DNA of 62,986 bases from Anaerolineae bacterium (lineage in GTDB: Bacteria > Chloroflexota > Anaerolineae > Anaerolineales > UBA6663), in the NCBI GenBank assembly GCA_037442085.1, contig JBBIQY010000006.1, positions 1-62,986 on the forward strand, read 5' to 3'. This document shows positions 45,419-57,532 of this stretch, one piece after another (within the stretch, counting starts at the first letter, position 1; each line of letters opens with the position of its first letter). Under the pieces are notes generated by a model. The model was not told the origin of the DNA, ran no database searches, and saw only the letters and a program-made list of their open reading frames with translations. Made by a program: the position numbers and the translations under genes.

Positions 45419-45535
45419 CTGATGGCGTACTCCCCTAAGTTGCAGCGAATCCTGCAGGCCGCCGAAAAACAAATCCGCGAAGGCAAAGGCATCAAGCACA
45501 AAGACTTTTGGGCGGATGTGCTGCCCGAATCATAA
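45419..45535 (+). pseudogene. Probable C-terminal fragment of a Phd/YefM-type antitoxin
   Basis: LMAYSPKLQRILQAAEKQIREGKGIKHKDFWADV resembles antitoxin C-terminal helices; no N-terminal domain and no toxin gene. Confidence 0.5.
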
Positions 45536-45560
45536 GCTACCTCGGCGCGCGACTGCCCGA

Positions 45561-46409
45561 TTACCGAGCTGCCTCCCCAAACCACTTTGCCCGTAGCTCC
45601 GGCAAGGTGCCGTCGGCCTCCATCTCGGCCAGGGCGCGGTCCAGGGCAGGCAACAGCTCGCGGCTGCGCGCGCTGACGGCGATGGCGTACAGCTCCGGCT
45701 CCACGGGCGGGCCGGCCAGCGCCAGCCCCGGGTGCGCCTGAAGAAATTCGTAAGCCGAAATCGCATCCACCAGCGCGGCATCGGCCACGCCATTGAGGAG
45801 CGCAGTCAGCGCGTCTTGCGCGGTGGGCTGAGGCAGCACGTTGACTGCTGCAACCTGCCGCGCCCATTGCCGCGCGACCACATCGCCCCCGGCCCCATAC
45901 TCCACCGCCAGCCGCTTTCCCTGCGCCCACGCTGCCCAATCTTTAATCTCCAATCCGCCGCTTGCCCGCACCACCGCCACCGTCCCGCTCACGAAGTACG
46001 GCCGCGTAAACGCCGCCTCATCCAGCTTATCGGGCTGCGGCGTGAAGGCCGAAATGACGGCGTCGTTGCGCCCGGAGGCCACGGCGGCCAGCAGCGCATC
46101 ATAGGCGAGGTTCTCGAACTCGACGCGCACGCCCAGCCGCCGGCCCAGCGCCTCCGCCAGGTCAATGTCGAAGCCAAACAGGTTGCCGTTCGCATCCACG
46201 GCGGAGAAGGGCGGATAGCTGGCATCGGTCGCCACGCGCAGCACGCCGTCCGCTTTGATTCGCGCCCAGGCTGTATCTTCGTCGCGCCGCGCGTTCAGCG
46301 CCCAGGCAGCCAGCGCCATGAGCGCCACCGCCAGCGCCATGAGCACCAGCGCCATGACGCTCAACCGGTGCCCCTGGCCCCAGGCCCCGCGTCCTCGATT
46401 CCCCTTCAC
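45561..46409 (-). CDS. Amino-acid ABC transporter substrate-binding protein (family 3), orphan
   Basis: LRVATDASYPPF, GFDIDLA, FTRPYF, MEADGTL..LRAKWFG; N-terminal TM; GTGA overlap with the upstream hydrolase. Confidence 0.9.
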   Translation of the reverse strand: MKGNRGRGAWGQGHRLSVMALVLMALAVALMALAAWALNARRDEDTAWARIKADGVLRVATDASYPPFSAVDANGNLFGFDIDLAEALGRRLGVRVEFENLAYDALLAAVASGRNDAVISAFTPQPDKLDEAAFTRPYFVSGTVAVVRASGGLEIKDWAAWAQGKRLAVEYGAGGDVVARQWARQVAAVNVLPQPTAQDALTALLNGVADAALVDAISAYEFLQAHPGLALAGPPVEPELYAIAVSARSRELLPALDRALAEMEADGTLPELRAKWFGEAAR

Positions 46410-47536
46410 TTCGTCGCCCATTCTCGGATGGCCTCGTAAATGGGTTTGGGCGAGAACTCCGGCGTGACCAGCGTGAAGTAATCGCCGTAGCTGCGCTGAA
46501 GCGCGGGGTAGCGAAAGGCCCACACGCAGAAGGCGCGGACGTAGGGCCAGTTCTGTTCCGCCCATTGAAAGGCGCGCAACGTGTACTCGATGCGGGCGAG
46601 GGGACGCACGGCGTGCGTCCAGCGCGGCGAGTCGTTCCAGCCGCCCTCGGTGATGTAGATGGGCTGGTCGCCGTAACCGTGCCGCACCATGATCTCGCGC
46701 CACAGCTCGACACGGCGGAAGTTGAGAGCGTTCGCCGCCGGCGGCTCCTCCGGCGGGAAGCGCAGACCGTAGGCATGCACCGCCAGCGCGTCCATGGCCG
46801 CGCCCGCGCCCGCCGCGTACATCCGCTCGAGGTAGAGCAAATCGTTGAGGGCCAGCTCGCTCGTCTCCGGCTCCAGCGTGGGGGCCAGTGCGCCGCCGAG
46901 CACGGTGATGGTCGGGTCGGCTTCCTTGGCGCGAGCGTAGCTCACTTGCAGCAGGCGCGTGTAGGCTTCCGGATCCACGGGCCGGAAGCCCCATTCCAGC
47001 GTCACGTTCGGCTCGTTCCAGATGATGATGTGCTGGACGCGGCCCGCGTAGCGGCGGACGAACTGGTAAACGAACTCGCCGAAATCGGCGAAGCGCTCCT
47101 CGGGCAGCCGGGTGTGGATGGCTTGCGGGTCGTCCGGCGCGAGGTCGGTGGGCCGACGCGCCCATTCCGGCACAATGCCGCCCAGGCGGGCGATGACCGT
47201 CAGGCCCTGGTTGCGGGCGTAGTCAATGCGCACGTCGGCATGCTCCCAGTTGTACTCGCCGCGCCGGGCTTCGTAGTAGGCCCAGGGAAAGTACTCGGTG
47301 ATGGTCGGCGCGCCCATCTCCCGCACCATCTCGAACGTGCGCAGAATCTTCCAGGCCTCCACTTCGTCGGTGACGCGCGTGTGGGTGCAGACGACCGGAT
47401 GCCGGCTGATCACCGACTGCGGCGGGCCGAGGACGATGGGCGGGGCGGGCGGCGGCTGGATCAGCGGCGCGAGCAGCGTCAGCAACAGCGCACGTGCCAG
47501 CCAGGGCCAGATCGCGGACGCCGAGGGTTTTATCAC
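46406..47536 (-). CDS. Secreted clan GH-A glycoside hydrolase (GH5/GH39/GH42-like)
   Basis: FPWAYYE..GEYNW, IWNEPN (acid/base), AVHAY, ITEGGW (nucleophile). Start taken at GTG 47536 to avoid overlap with the divergent gene. Confidence 0.85.
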   Translation of the reverse strand: MIKPSASAIWPWLARALLLTLLAPLIQPPPAPPIVLGPPQSVISRHPVVCTHTRVTDEVEAWKILRTFEMVREMGAPTITEYFPWAYYEARRGEYNWEHADVRIDYARNQGLTVIARLGGIVPEWARRPTDLAPDDPQAIHTRLPEERFADFGEFVYQFVRRYAGRVQHIIIWNEPNVTLEWGFRPVDPEAYTRLLQVSYARAKEADPTITVLGGALAPTLEPETSELALNDLLYLERMYAAGAGAAMDALAVHAYGLRFPPEEPPAANALNFRRVELWREIMVRHGYGDQPIYITEGGWNDSPRWTHAVRPLARIEYTLRAFQWAEQNWPYVRAFCVWAFRYPALQRSYGDYFTLVTPEFSPKPIYEAIREWATK

Positions 47537-47592
47537 GGTTGCCTGTGGTACTATCGCCCTCACGGCCAACAAACATCTGCCAGGAGGCGACT

Positions 47593-48009
47593 GTGAGTAA
47601 CAAAGTGCGGGATTGGATGAAAAGCCCGGTGGCTGTGGTGGACGCCGATAGCAGCGTCTCATACGCGCTGACGTTGATGCGCCGGCGTGGCATCCACAGT
47701 GTCGTAGTGGACTTGACCGATGAGCACGGCGGCCGGCCCTACTACGGCATCGTCACCAGCACCGACATCCATCACAAGATCATCGGCGCGAACCGTAACC
47801 CGAAGGAGACGACCATCCGCGAGATCATGAGCGCGCCTGTCATCACGGCTCGGCCCGATTGGACGCTGGTGCAGTGCTCGGTGACGATGCACGAACACAA
47901 CTTCCATCACCTGCCGGTGGCCGACGATGACGGTTTCATCATTGGCATGATCTCTGCCACCGATCTGTTCACGGCGGCGGAGGAGCGCGGCTGGGGCGAA
48001 GAGTGGTGA
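47593..48009 (+). CDS. CBS-pair domain protein
   Basis: AGGAGG RBS then GTG; VRDWMKSPV, GIVTSTDI, IREIMSAPV, HHLPV, GMISATDL. Confidence 0.9.
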   Translation: MSNKVRDWMKSPVAVVDADSSVSYALTLMRRRGIHSVVVDLTDEHGGRPYYGIVTSTDIHHKIIGANRNPKETTIREIMSAPVITARPDWTLVQCSVTMHEHNFHHLPVADDDGFIIGMISATDLFTAAEERGWGEEW

Positions 48010-48036
48010 CACCGGACAGCTATCAGGCGTCGCGGA

Positions 48037-49317
48037 TTATTTGCCCTCGGCCCCTTGCCCCTCACGCGGATATGCCCTGTCCAGCAGTTCCAGCGTGTGA
48101 TAGACCGGCTTCGGCTGGCCGAGGCGGTGCAAGTGGGTGCGAATCTGGATGAGGCAGCCGATGTTGCCGGTGATGACGACCTGCGCGCCGGTGCCGGCAA
48201 TGTGGGTCGCCTTGCGCCGGCCAAAGAGGTTGGCCAGTTCGGGCTGCTCCAGGTTGTAGGTCCCCGCCGAGCCGCAGCACATCTCGCCTTCCGGGATCTC
48301 CACCAAGGTGAGATTAGGGATGCTGCGCAGCAGTTGGCGCGGCGCAGCGTTGATCCCCTGCGCGTGCGCCAGGTGGCAGGCATCGTGATAGGCAGCCACG
48401 AGCGGCTCAGGCAAGGCGGGTGGAGCCAGCAGCCCCAACTCCGCCAGAAATTCACTCACATCCTTCACTCGCCCGGCAAATGCCTTCGCCTCCGCCGCCT
48501 CCGGCTGGCCGGCAAACAGCACACCGTACTCCTTCAGGCCGGAACCGCAGCCGGCGGCGTTGGTGAGGATGGCGTCCACGTCCGTGGGGAAAGCGCGCAG
48601 GTTGACTCGCGCCAGCACGCGCGCCCGCTCCAGCTCGCCGGCGTGCAGGCCCAGCGAGCCGCAGCAGCCCTGTTCCGGCGGGATCACCACCTCCACGCCG
48701 TTCCTTGCCAGCACGCGCAACGTAGCCCGGTTGATCTCAGGCGCGAGGGCTTGCTGGACGCAGCCGGCCAACAGCGCCACGCGCGCGCGGCGTCGGCCCT
48801 CCGCCGGATAGAGCGCAGGCAGAAGCTGCGCGGGCGGCAGTTCATCCGGCAGCAGGTCGAGCATCGCCCGGAACGGGCCGGGCAGCGCGCCCTGTATCAG
48901 TTTGCCCACCTTGCCGGTCAGCGCGGCCAGGCGAAAGCGCTCCGGGTGGGGCAGGGTCTCATGTGCCAGCGTGTGCGCCGCCTGAGCCGTCCAGCTTCTT
49001 CGGCGGCTCGACGCGGCATGCGCGCGGTAGAGCGGCAGCAGTTCGCCGTAGGGCACGCCGCTCGGGCAGGCGGGCACGCAGGCCACACAGCCGAGGCAGC
49101 GGTCAATGTACGGCAGGGTCTCTTCAACCGTCAGCGATCCTTCCAGCGCGGACTTCATCAGAAAGATGCGCCCGCGCGGCGAGTCCATCTCCTCGCCCAG
49201 GACAGCATAGGTCGGGCAGGCAGCCAGGCAGAAGCCGCAGTGTACGCAGGCTTCGATGGCGTGCGCCATGATTTCGCCCTCGGCGCCGAGTTGTTGGACG
49301 GGGATGGTGTGTTGCAT
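48037..49317 (-). CDS. glcF: Glycolate oxidase iron-sulfur subunit
   Basis: [39 protein letters not shown] domains, [11 protein letters not shown]. Confidence 0.93.
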   Translation of the reverse strand: MQHTIPVQQLGAEGEIMAHAIEACVHCGFCLAACPTYAVLGEEMDSPRGRIFLMKSALEGSLTVEETLPYIDRCLGCVACVPACPSGVPYGELLPLYRAHAASSRRRSWTAQAAHTLAHETLPHPERFRLAALTGKVGKLIQGALPGPFRAMLDLLPDELPPAQLLPALYPAEGRRRARVALLAGCVQQALAPEINRATLRVLARNGVEVVIPPEQGCCGSLGLHAGELERARVLARVNLRAFPTDVDAILTNAAGCGSGLKEYGVLFAGQPEAAEAKAFAGRVKDVSEFLAELGLLAPPALPEPLVAAYHDACHLAHAQGINAAPRQLLRSIPNLTLVEIPEGEMCCGSAGTYNLEQPELANLFGRRKATHIAGTGAQVVITGNIGCLIQIRTHLHRLGQPKPVYHTLELLDRAYPREGQGAEGK

Positions 49318-49367
49318 GTTGGAATGGCTGATGATTCGTGACGGATGCCAAAGTCACCGGTCATCCC

Positions 49368-50453
49368 TCATCCGTCGTCACTCCTCCGAAAGCGACCGTG
49401 TGGATCGAGCGCCTGCCTGACCCGTTGAGCGAAGGCGTGATCGGAGCGCGGCACGCCGAGGAGGGGCCGACCGGGCGAGCCGAAGACGACCAGGCCGGAG
49501 AGGGCTTGTGCAATCAGCAGTTCGTGAAGCTTGGCGATGGATTCCGGCCAGGCGATCCACGCGACCTGCCCGCCCGCGCTATAGCGGCGCAGCGCCGCTG
49601 TTCTGTCCAACTCTGCTTCCAACGGCGGAATACGGGCGGGCGTCAGCGGGACCTTCACAAGCGCGGCCTCCGGCGGTGACCACTCGAACTCGCGCGCGCT
49701 TTGCCAGAGGAGGAAATCGTTGCCGCCCTCGAGAATCTCGCCGCCGCCGAGCAGCTGCGCCAGCCGGTCGAGGCGCGCGGGCAGGGCCTCGCGCCGGCCG
49801 CCCAGCCGTACGTAGACGCTCACACTGCGCGCGTCGGGCCGAAAATCCAGCGCTTCCAGATCGAGCGGCGAGCCGTAGAGTTTGTACACGGCTTCGAGCG
49901 CTTCGGCTAGGCGTCGGTATTCGAGCCGTAACGTCGCGAAGGCCTGCGGCCGGGGGAAGACTTTGAACGTGACCTCGACCAGAATCCCCAGTTGGCCGAG
50001 GCTGCCGACAAAGAGCTTGGGGAAGTCGAAGCCGGCGGCATTCTTGACCACCTTGCCGCCCCCGCGCACTAACTGGCCGTTGCCGTCCACCCATTTCACG
50101 CCGAGGATAAAATCGCGCACGCCGCCGTAGCGATAGCGCCCCGGCCCGCTCAACCCGGAGGCTACCGCGCCGCCCAGCGTCGCGCCGCGCTGTACCAGCG
50201 GCGGATCGAACGGCAGGTACTGGCCGTGCTCGGCCAGCAGCGTTTGTACATCCGCCAGCGGCGTCCCGGCCAGAGCCGTAAAGGTGAACTCGCCGGGATC
50301 ATATTCGACGACGCCCGACAGCCCCGTCATCTCGACCACCGTCACCCCTTCGGGCGCGGTGGAGAGCGCCGGCTTGGTGCCGGCGCCGCGCGGCAGGACG
50401 CGCTCTGCGTGAGCGATTAGAGATTGGAGAGCGGGGATGGAATTGGGCGTCAC
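49368..50453 (-). CDS. glcE: Glycolate oxidase FAD-binding subunit
   Basis: GAGTK, GQYLPFDPP, ATLGGAVASGLSGP.RYRYGGVRD, GGKVVKNAAGFD, ALDP. Confidence 0.9.
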   Translation of the reverse strand: MTPNSIPALQSLIAHAERVLPRGAGTKPALSTAPEGVTVVEMTGLSGVVEYDPGEFTFTALAGTPLADVQTLLAEHGQYLPFDPPLVQRGATLGGAVASGLSGPGRYRYGGVRDFILGVKWVDGNGQLVRGGGKVVKNAAGFDFPKLFVGSLGQLGILVEVTFKVFPRPQAFATLRLEYRRLAEALEAVYKLYGSPLDLEALDFRPDARSVSVYVRLGGRREALPARLDRLAQLLGGGEILEGGNDFLLWQSAREFEWSPPEAALVKVPLTPARIPPLEAELDRTAALRRYSAGGQVAWIAWPESIAKLHELLIAQALSGLVVFGSPGRPLLGVPRSDHAFAQRVRQALDPHGRFRRSDDG

Positions 50454-50455
50454 GC

Positions 50456-51532
50456 TCAGAAAACCCGCTGCCCATCCACAAAATTGCGCCGGTCGAGGAC
50501 GCTGATGGGCAAAGCCAGCCGGATTTGGTGCTGCTCTAAGGCGCGCATCAACGCCAGGTGCACTTCGGTCAGCACGCGCCAGCGGTCGCCGAACTGGCGG
50601 ATGTGGTAGACGAGCAGGATCTCCAGCGAGTAGTTATCGAAGGTGTTGAAGCGCAGCAGGCAGCGGTCTACGTCGGGATGAGCCTTCACGGTCGCCTCGA
50701 TCAGCTTGAGCGCTCCCTCGACCTGCGCCGCGGTCATGTCCGGCGAGAGGCGCAGGGTGCGCGCCGCCCAGAAGCCGCCCTCGGCGGAGACGTTGACGAT
50801 GATGCCGTTGGTGAACTGCGAGTTGGGGATGTAGATGGCGTGGCCGGTGTCGAAGTCCTCGAGCCGGGTGGCGCGCAGGTCAATCTCCTTCACCGTCATC
50901 GTCCTGCCGCCGAACTCGATCAGGTCGCCGATGCGAAACGGCTTCTGCAAAAAGATGGTGACGCCGCCGAAGAAGTTGGCGAGGGTATCCTGGGCGGCCA
51001 GCGCAAAGGCCAGCCCGCCGATGCCCAGGCCGGCCAGCAGCGCGCCCACGTCGTAGCCCGCATTGTTCAGTCCCACCACCACGCCGATCGTCCAGATGAT
51101 GATGATCAGGCCGCTGCGTAGCGTCGGCAGCAGGTGATCATCCAGGGTGGTGTCGCTCCGCCGCGCCAGCGGCACCAGGTGGTTGTCATGGAAGGCGCGG
51201 TAGAAGCGCGAGATGAGCCAGGCGAAGCCGACGGCCGCCGCCAGTGAGTAGGCGCTGACGAACCACTCGGAGAACGGCTTCTCCAGGGTCAGCCGCCCGA
51301 GCGCCCACTGCGTGCCGAAGACGACGATGAGGAAAACGACCGGCTCCTCGACGATATCCACCACCACGTCGTCTATGCGCGAGCGGGTGGCGCGCACCAG
51401 CAGCTTGAACCAGTTCTTGAAGAACCAGTAGACGGCGCGGGCCAGCACCACCACGCCGAGCGCCAGCAGCAGCGCCGTGAGCCAGTCGAGCAGTGTGTTG
51501 CCGTAGTAAACCTCGAGGAGGAAGGAGAGCAT
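50456..51532 (-). CDS. MscS-family mechanosensitive channel
   Basis: LLAGLGIGGLAFALAAQDTLANFFGG..KPFRIGDLI, IPNSQF. Confidence 0.93.
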   Translation of the reverse strand: MLSFLLEVYYGNTLLDWLTALLLALGVVVLARAVYWFFKNWFKLLVRATRSRIDDVVVDIVEEPVVFLIVVFGTQWALGRLTLEKPFSEWFVSAYSLAAAVGFAWLISRFYRAFHDNHLVPLARRSDTTLDDHLLPTLRSGLIIIIWTIGVVVGLNNAGYDVGALLAGLGIGGLAFALAAQDTLANFFGGVTIFLQKPFRIGDLIEFGGRTMTVKEIDLRATRLEDFDTGHAIYIPNSQFTNGIIVNVSAEGGFWAARTLRLSPDMTAAQVEGALKLIEATVKAHPDVDRCLLRFNTFDNYSLEILLVYHIRQFGDRWRVLTEVHLALMRALEQHQIRLALPISVLDRRNFVDGQRVF

Positions 51533-51538
51533 GGCGGG

Positions 51539-51580
51539 TAATCAGTAACCGGTCATCAATCATCAGCCATTGGTCATAAG
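51539..51580. repeat. Six 7-nt tandem repeats between glcD and mscS
   Basis: taatcag taaccgg tcatcaa tcatcag ccattgg tcataag. Confidence 0.75.
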
Positions 51581-51596
51581 CCCCGAGCAACGGCGT

Positions 51597-53045
51597 TCAT
51601 TCCCGCGAAATCACGCCGGCCTTCTCCAGCGGATGCGGGCCGCGATGCGAGAGCGCGGGCGCTTCGCCGCCGGGGAACATCTTGCCCCGGTTGGCAATTT
51701 GAAGCGTGTCCACTGCGCAGCGCAGGTTCCACATCACGTCCAGGTCCACTTCGCCGAAGAGCTGGGGCATGAACTTCCGCTTCTCCATGCCTACGCCGTG
51801 CTCGCCGGTGATGGAGCCGCCCAGCCGGATGCAGAGCGCCATGATCTCGGCGGCCAGCGCCTCGGCGCGGTCGAGCGCACCCGGCTCACGGCCGTCGTAC
51901 AGGATCAGCGGGTGCAGGTTGCCGTCGCCGGCGTGGAAGACGTTGGCGACGCGGATGCCGTGCTTGGCGCTGAGGGCGTCAATCTCGGCCAGGGCCTGCC
52001 CCAGCTTGCTGCGCGGCACCACGCCGTCCTGCACGATGTAATCCGGGCTGATTCGGCCCACCGCGCTGAAGGCGCTCTTACGGCCCTTCCAGATGGTCTG
52101 CCGCTCGGCCTCGGTCTGCGGCACCCGCACCTCGAACGCGCCGGTCTTTTCGATCACTGTCATCAGTTGGACAAACTCGGCCTCGACCGCCTGCGCTTCG
52201 CCGTCGAGCTCGACGATGAGCAGCGCGGCTGCGCCGGGCGGGTAATTGGCGTGAACGGCGGCCTCGGCGGCCTGGATGCTCAGCCGGTCCATGATCTCCA
52301 TCGCGCCGGGCAGCAGTCCGGAGGCGACGACGGCGGCCACGGCGTTGCCGGCCTTTTCCATCGAGTCATACGCCGCCAGCACGGTCCGGTAAAGCTCAGG
52401 CTTTGGCAGCAGTCGGAGCACGATCTCCAGCGCCACGCCGAACAGGCCCTCGCTGCCGACGAACAGCCCGTGCCAGTCCGGGCCGACGTTCTCCAGCGAG
52501 TCGCCGCCGAGCTGCATCACCGCGCCATCGGGCAGCACCACCTTCAGGCCGAGCACGTGGTTGCTCGTCATGCCGTACTTCAGGCAGTGCGCGCCGCCCG
52601 AGTTGAAGGCCACGTTGCCGCCGAGCGTGCAAATCGGCTGCGAGGACGGATCGGGCGCGTAGTATAGGCCATGGGGCGCGGCGGCTTTGGAGACGTTGAG
52701 GTTGATCACCCCCGGCTCGACGACGGCCAGCCGCTCCCTGGGATCGAGCCGCAAAATTCTGTTGAGGCGGTTGAGGCCGATGACCAGGCCGCCCTTCACC
52801 GGCAGCGAGCCGCCGGAGAGCGAGGTGCCGCTGCCGCGCGCGACGAACGGCAGGCCGTGGACGTGGCAGATCTTTACAGCGTCAATCACCTCCGCCTGCG
52901 TCTCGGGCAGGACAACGGCGGCGGGTTTGCTGTGGAAAGCGGTCAGCGCGTCGGATTCGTAGGCGGCCAGATGGGCGGCGCTGGTGAGCAGGCGGTCGGG
53001 CGGGAAGCGGCGGGCGAGGTCGGTGAGGAAGGAGTGTTGGCTCAT
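51597..53045 (-). CDS. glcD: Glycolate oxidase subunit (FAD-linked oxidase)
   Basis: [62 protein letters not shown]. Confidence 0.93.
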   Translation of the reverse strand: MSQHSFLTDLARRFPPDRLLTSAAHLAAYESDALTAFHSKPAAVVLPETQAEVIDAVKICHVHGLPFVARGSGTSLSGGSLPVKGGLVIGLNRLNRILRLDPRERLAVVEPGVINLNVSKAAAPHGLYYAPDPSSQPICTLGGNVAFNSGGAHCLKYGMTSNHVLGLKVVLPDGAVMQLGGDSLENVGPDWHGLFVGSEGLFGVALEIVLRLLPKPELYRTVLAAYDSMEKAGNAVAAVVASGLLPGAMEIMDRLSIQAAEAAVHANYPPGAAALLIVELDGEAQAVEAEFVQLMTVIEKTGAFEVRVPQTEAERQTIWKGRKSAFSAVGRISPDYIVQDGVVPRSKLGQALAEIDALSAKHGIRVANVFHAGDGNLHPLILYDGREPGALDRAEALAAEIMALCIRLGGSITGEHGVGMEKRKFMPQLFGEVDLDVMWNLRCAVDTLQIANRGKMFPGGEAPALSHRGPHPLEKAGVISRE

Positions 53046-53199
53046 AGACGCCGGGGCCGGATGGTGAAGATCGTTTTAGCCGTGAGCGTGAGGTTAGCAT
53101 GACAACGGCAACTCTACAAGCCGAGCACCGCCGCGGCGTCTGACCGTTGCCGCGCCCGTCGGACTGACCGGAAGGCGCAACGGTTGAGCTTCTCCGATC

Positions 53200-53811
53200 T
53201 CAACCCCGGGAGGGAGCGTAGAAGTAACTTTTTCGCTCGTCGGCGTCGTCGCAGGCCACCACCCCCCGCGCCCGGTTGAGCCAGAGAAAGTTGAGCAGCG
53301 CAAAGTCGCCGCTGGTGCTGGCCGTGTGGATGAGCAGCGTGCAGAGCAGGTGGAAGCGAAACGGCTCGAAGGCGAAGGCGGCGGCGATCAGCGCGGCGTT
53401 GATGACGACGAATGGCGCCGGCGCGATCAGGGCATAGCGGCGCGCGTCGGCGACGAAGCGGTGCGCTCGGGCGTAGGCGTACAACTGCCGCAGCGAGAAG
53501 GCGAAGCGCACCTCGCGCGCGCCAAGCAGTTTGTAAGCCAGCCCGTGCAGGCCTTCATGAATGGGGAAGAGTAGGACAAATCCCACGACCCCCAGGCCAA
53601 AGCCGGTCAGCCAATCCTCCACGCCGAAGCGGCTCACGAGGGCCACGCGCGCAATCGCCGCCAGCACGCCCAGCGAGAAAGCGTAATGCGCCCAGATCAC
53701 CCAACTGCGCTTTTGCCAGTAGTAGGCATGGGTGAACTCGCCGAGGTCATCGTGCTTGAGTTCGGCGAGGAGGGTGTAGCCGGGGTTGTCGCGCAGGTCT
53801 GCCGGGAGCAC
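53200..53811 (-). CDS. DUF3267 family membrane protein (putative zincin metallopeptidase)
   Basis: PIHEGLHGL, APFVVIN, TSGDF motifs within TM segments. Confidence 0.8.
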   Translation of the reverse strand: MLPADLRDNPGYTLLAELKHDDLGEFTHAYYWQKRSWVIWAHYAFSLGVLAAIARVALVSRFGVEDWLTGFGLGVVGFVLLFPIHEGLHGLAYKLLGAREVRFAFSLRQLYAYARAHRFVADARRYALIAPAPFVVINAALIAAAFAFEPFRFHLLCTLLIHTASTSGDFALLNFLWLNRARGVVACDDADERKSYFYAPSRG

Positions 53812-53882
53812 GGGGCCAATCAGCCTCGAAGGGCGCGAATCTGGGCGAAGCTTCGTTCAAGTTGCGCCCTTCGAGGCCAGGA

Positions 53883-56306
<2,424 letters not shown>

Positions 56307-56461
56307 TGACTTCGCCACAGATCGCACCGTTACCTTAGCGTATCTTACCCCATGACCGTAATCGCGCAACCAATCGCGGACGGGCGGCGCTTAAACTCAA
56401 AGGCCGGAGAGGGACAAACCGTTGCCCGACCCCGGCCCGCTCCGATCCTGTTCGATGGGCG

Positions 56462-57436
56462 TCAGGAAATGACCTGCTCGACCTGGCTGTGGCGCAGGCT
56501 CAGGCTCAGGCGGCGGCTGGAGCCGTCAATGCTCAGGATGCGCGCGCGGACCCACTCGCCTTCGTGTACGACGTTACGGGGATGAAGAAAATTGCCCTCG
56601 GCCAGCTCGGAGACGTGAATCAGACCCTCCAGCCCGTCCTCCAGGCTGATGAAGGCGCCAAAGTTTACGACGTTGGTGATCTTGCCCTCGATAATCTGGC
56701 CGATGGTGTAGCGCTCGCTGACCGTGCTCCACGGATCGGGACGCAGGCGTTTGAGGCTGAGGGCCACGCGCGCGTTGTCCCGATCCACCGATAGCACCTT
56801 GACCTGCACGGTCTCGTTGTTGCTGAGCACGTCGCGCGGATGGGCCACGCGGTTCCACGAAATCTCGGAGACGTGGATCAGGCCTTCAACGCCGCCCAGG
56901 TCCACAAAGACGCCGAAATCGCAGATGTTGGTCACCAGGCCGGTCAGGATGTCGCCGGGCTGGATGCGCTGCAGCAGTTGCTGGCGCGAACCGGGGCCGA
57001 AGCGTGCCGCGCGCTCGGAGAAGACGATCCGGCCTTTGCTCGGCTCGAACTCGATGACTTTGAGCAGCAGCCGCTCGCCGACGCGAGTCGCCAGGATGGA
57101 TTTGCGGCGGACCTCGTCGGCTTCGTTGGGGAAATTGATCAGATGTGAAGCGGGTACGAAACCTCGCAGCGAACCCCACGCGACCAGCAGGCCGCCCCGG
57201 TTGTAGCCGACGACTTCCAATTCGATGGTCTCGTCTGACTCGTAGAGCGCCCGTGCGCGTTCCCAATCCGAAGCCGGGTCGGCGGCGGGCACTTCGGCCA
57301 CGTGTCCATTATCCGAGCCATCGGCAAAGGCTCCGGGTGATCGTCTGTTCTGTTCCTCCTGCAGTACAGAAGCCCACCAGCCATCGTCTAGAATTTCCGG
57401 CCCGGACGCTTCATACCCTTCTTGCTCGCGCCACAT
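56462..57436 (-). CDS. Short ribosomal protein S1-like RNA-binding protein (three S1 domains)
   Basis: NRGGLLV..RGFVPASHL; DFGVFVDLGGVEGLIHVSEISW; NFGAFISLEDGLEGLIHVSEL; acidic N-terminal extension. Confidence 0.9.
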   Translation of the reverse strand: MWREQEGYEASGPEILDDGWWASVLQEEQNRRSPGAFADGSDNGHVAEVPAADPASDWERARALYESDETIELEVVGYNRGGLLVAWGSLRGFVPASHLINFPNEADEVRRKSILATRVGERLLLKVIEFEPSKGRIVFSERAARFGPGSRQQLLQRIQPGDILTGLVTNICDFGVFVDLGGVEGLIHVSEISWNRVAHPRDVLSNNETVQVKVLSVDRDNARVALSLKRLRPDPWSTVSERYTIGQIIEGKITNVVNFGAFISLEDGLEGLIHVSELAEGNFLHPRNVVHEGEWVRARILSIDGSSRRLSLSLRHSQVEQVIS

Positions 57437-57532
57437 ATTCTTTTCCTCCGAATGGGGTCACGGGCACAGGATACTCAATTTGTGCGAGAAGCGCAAAGAC
57501 CAAATTTTTGGGTTATACAAAGCTGGGGCAAG

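Noticed and set aside
49318-49371. Mini-ORF relay between glcE and glcF
   Set aside because: MRDDR is ATGA-coupled to glcE, but the following starts run out of frame into glcF, so the chain is incomplete.
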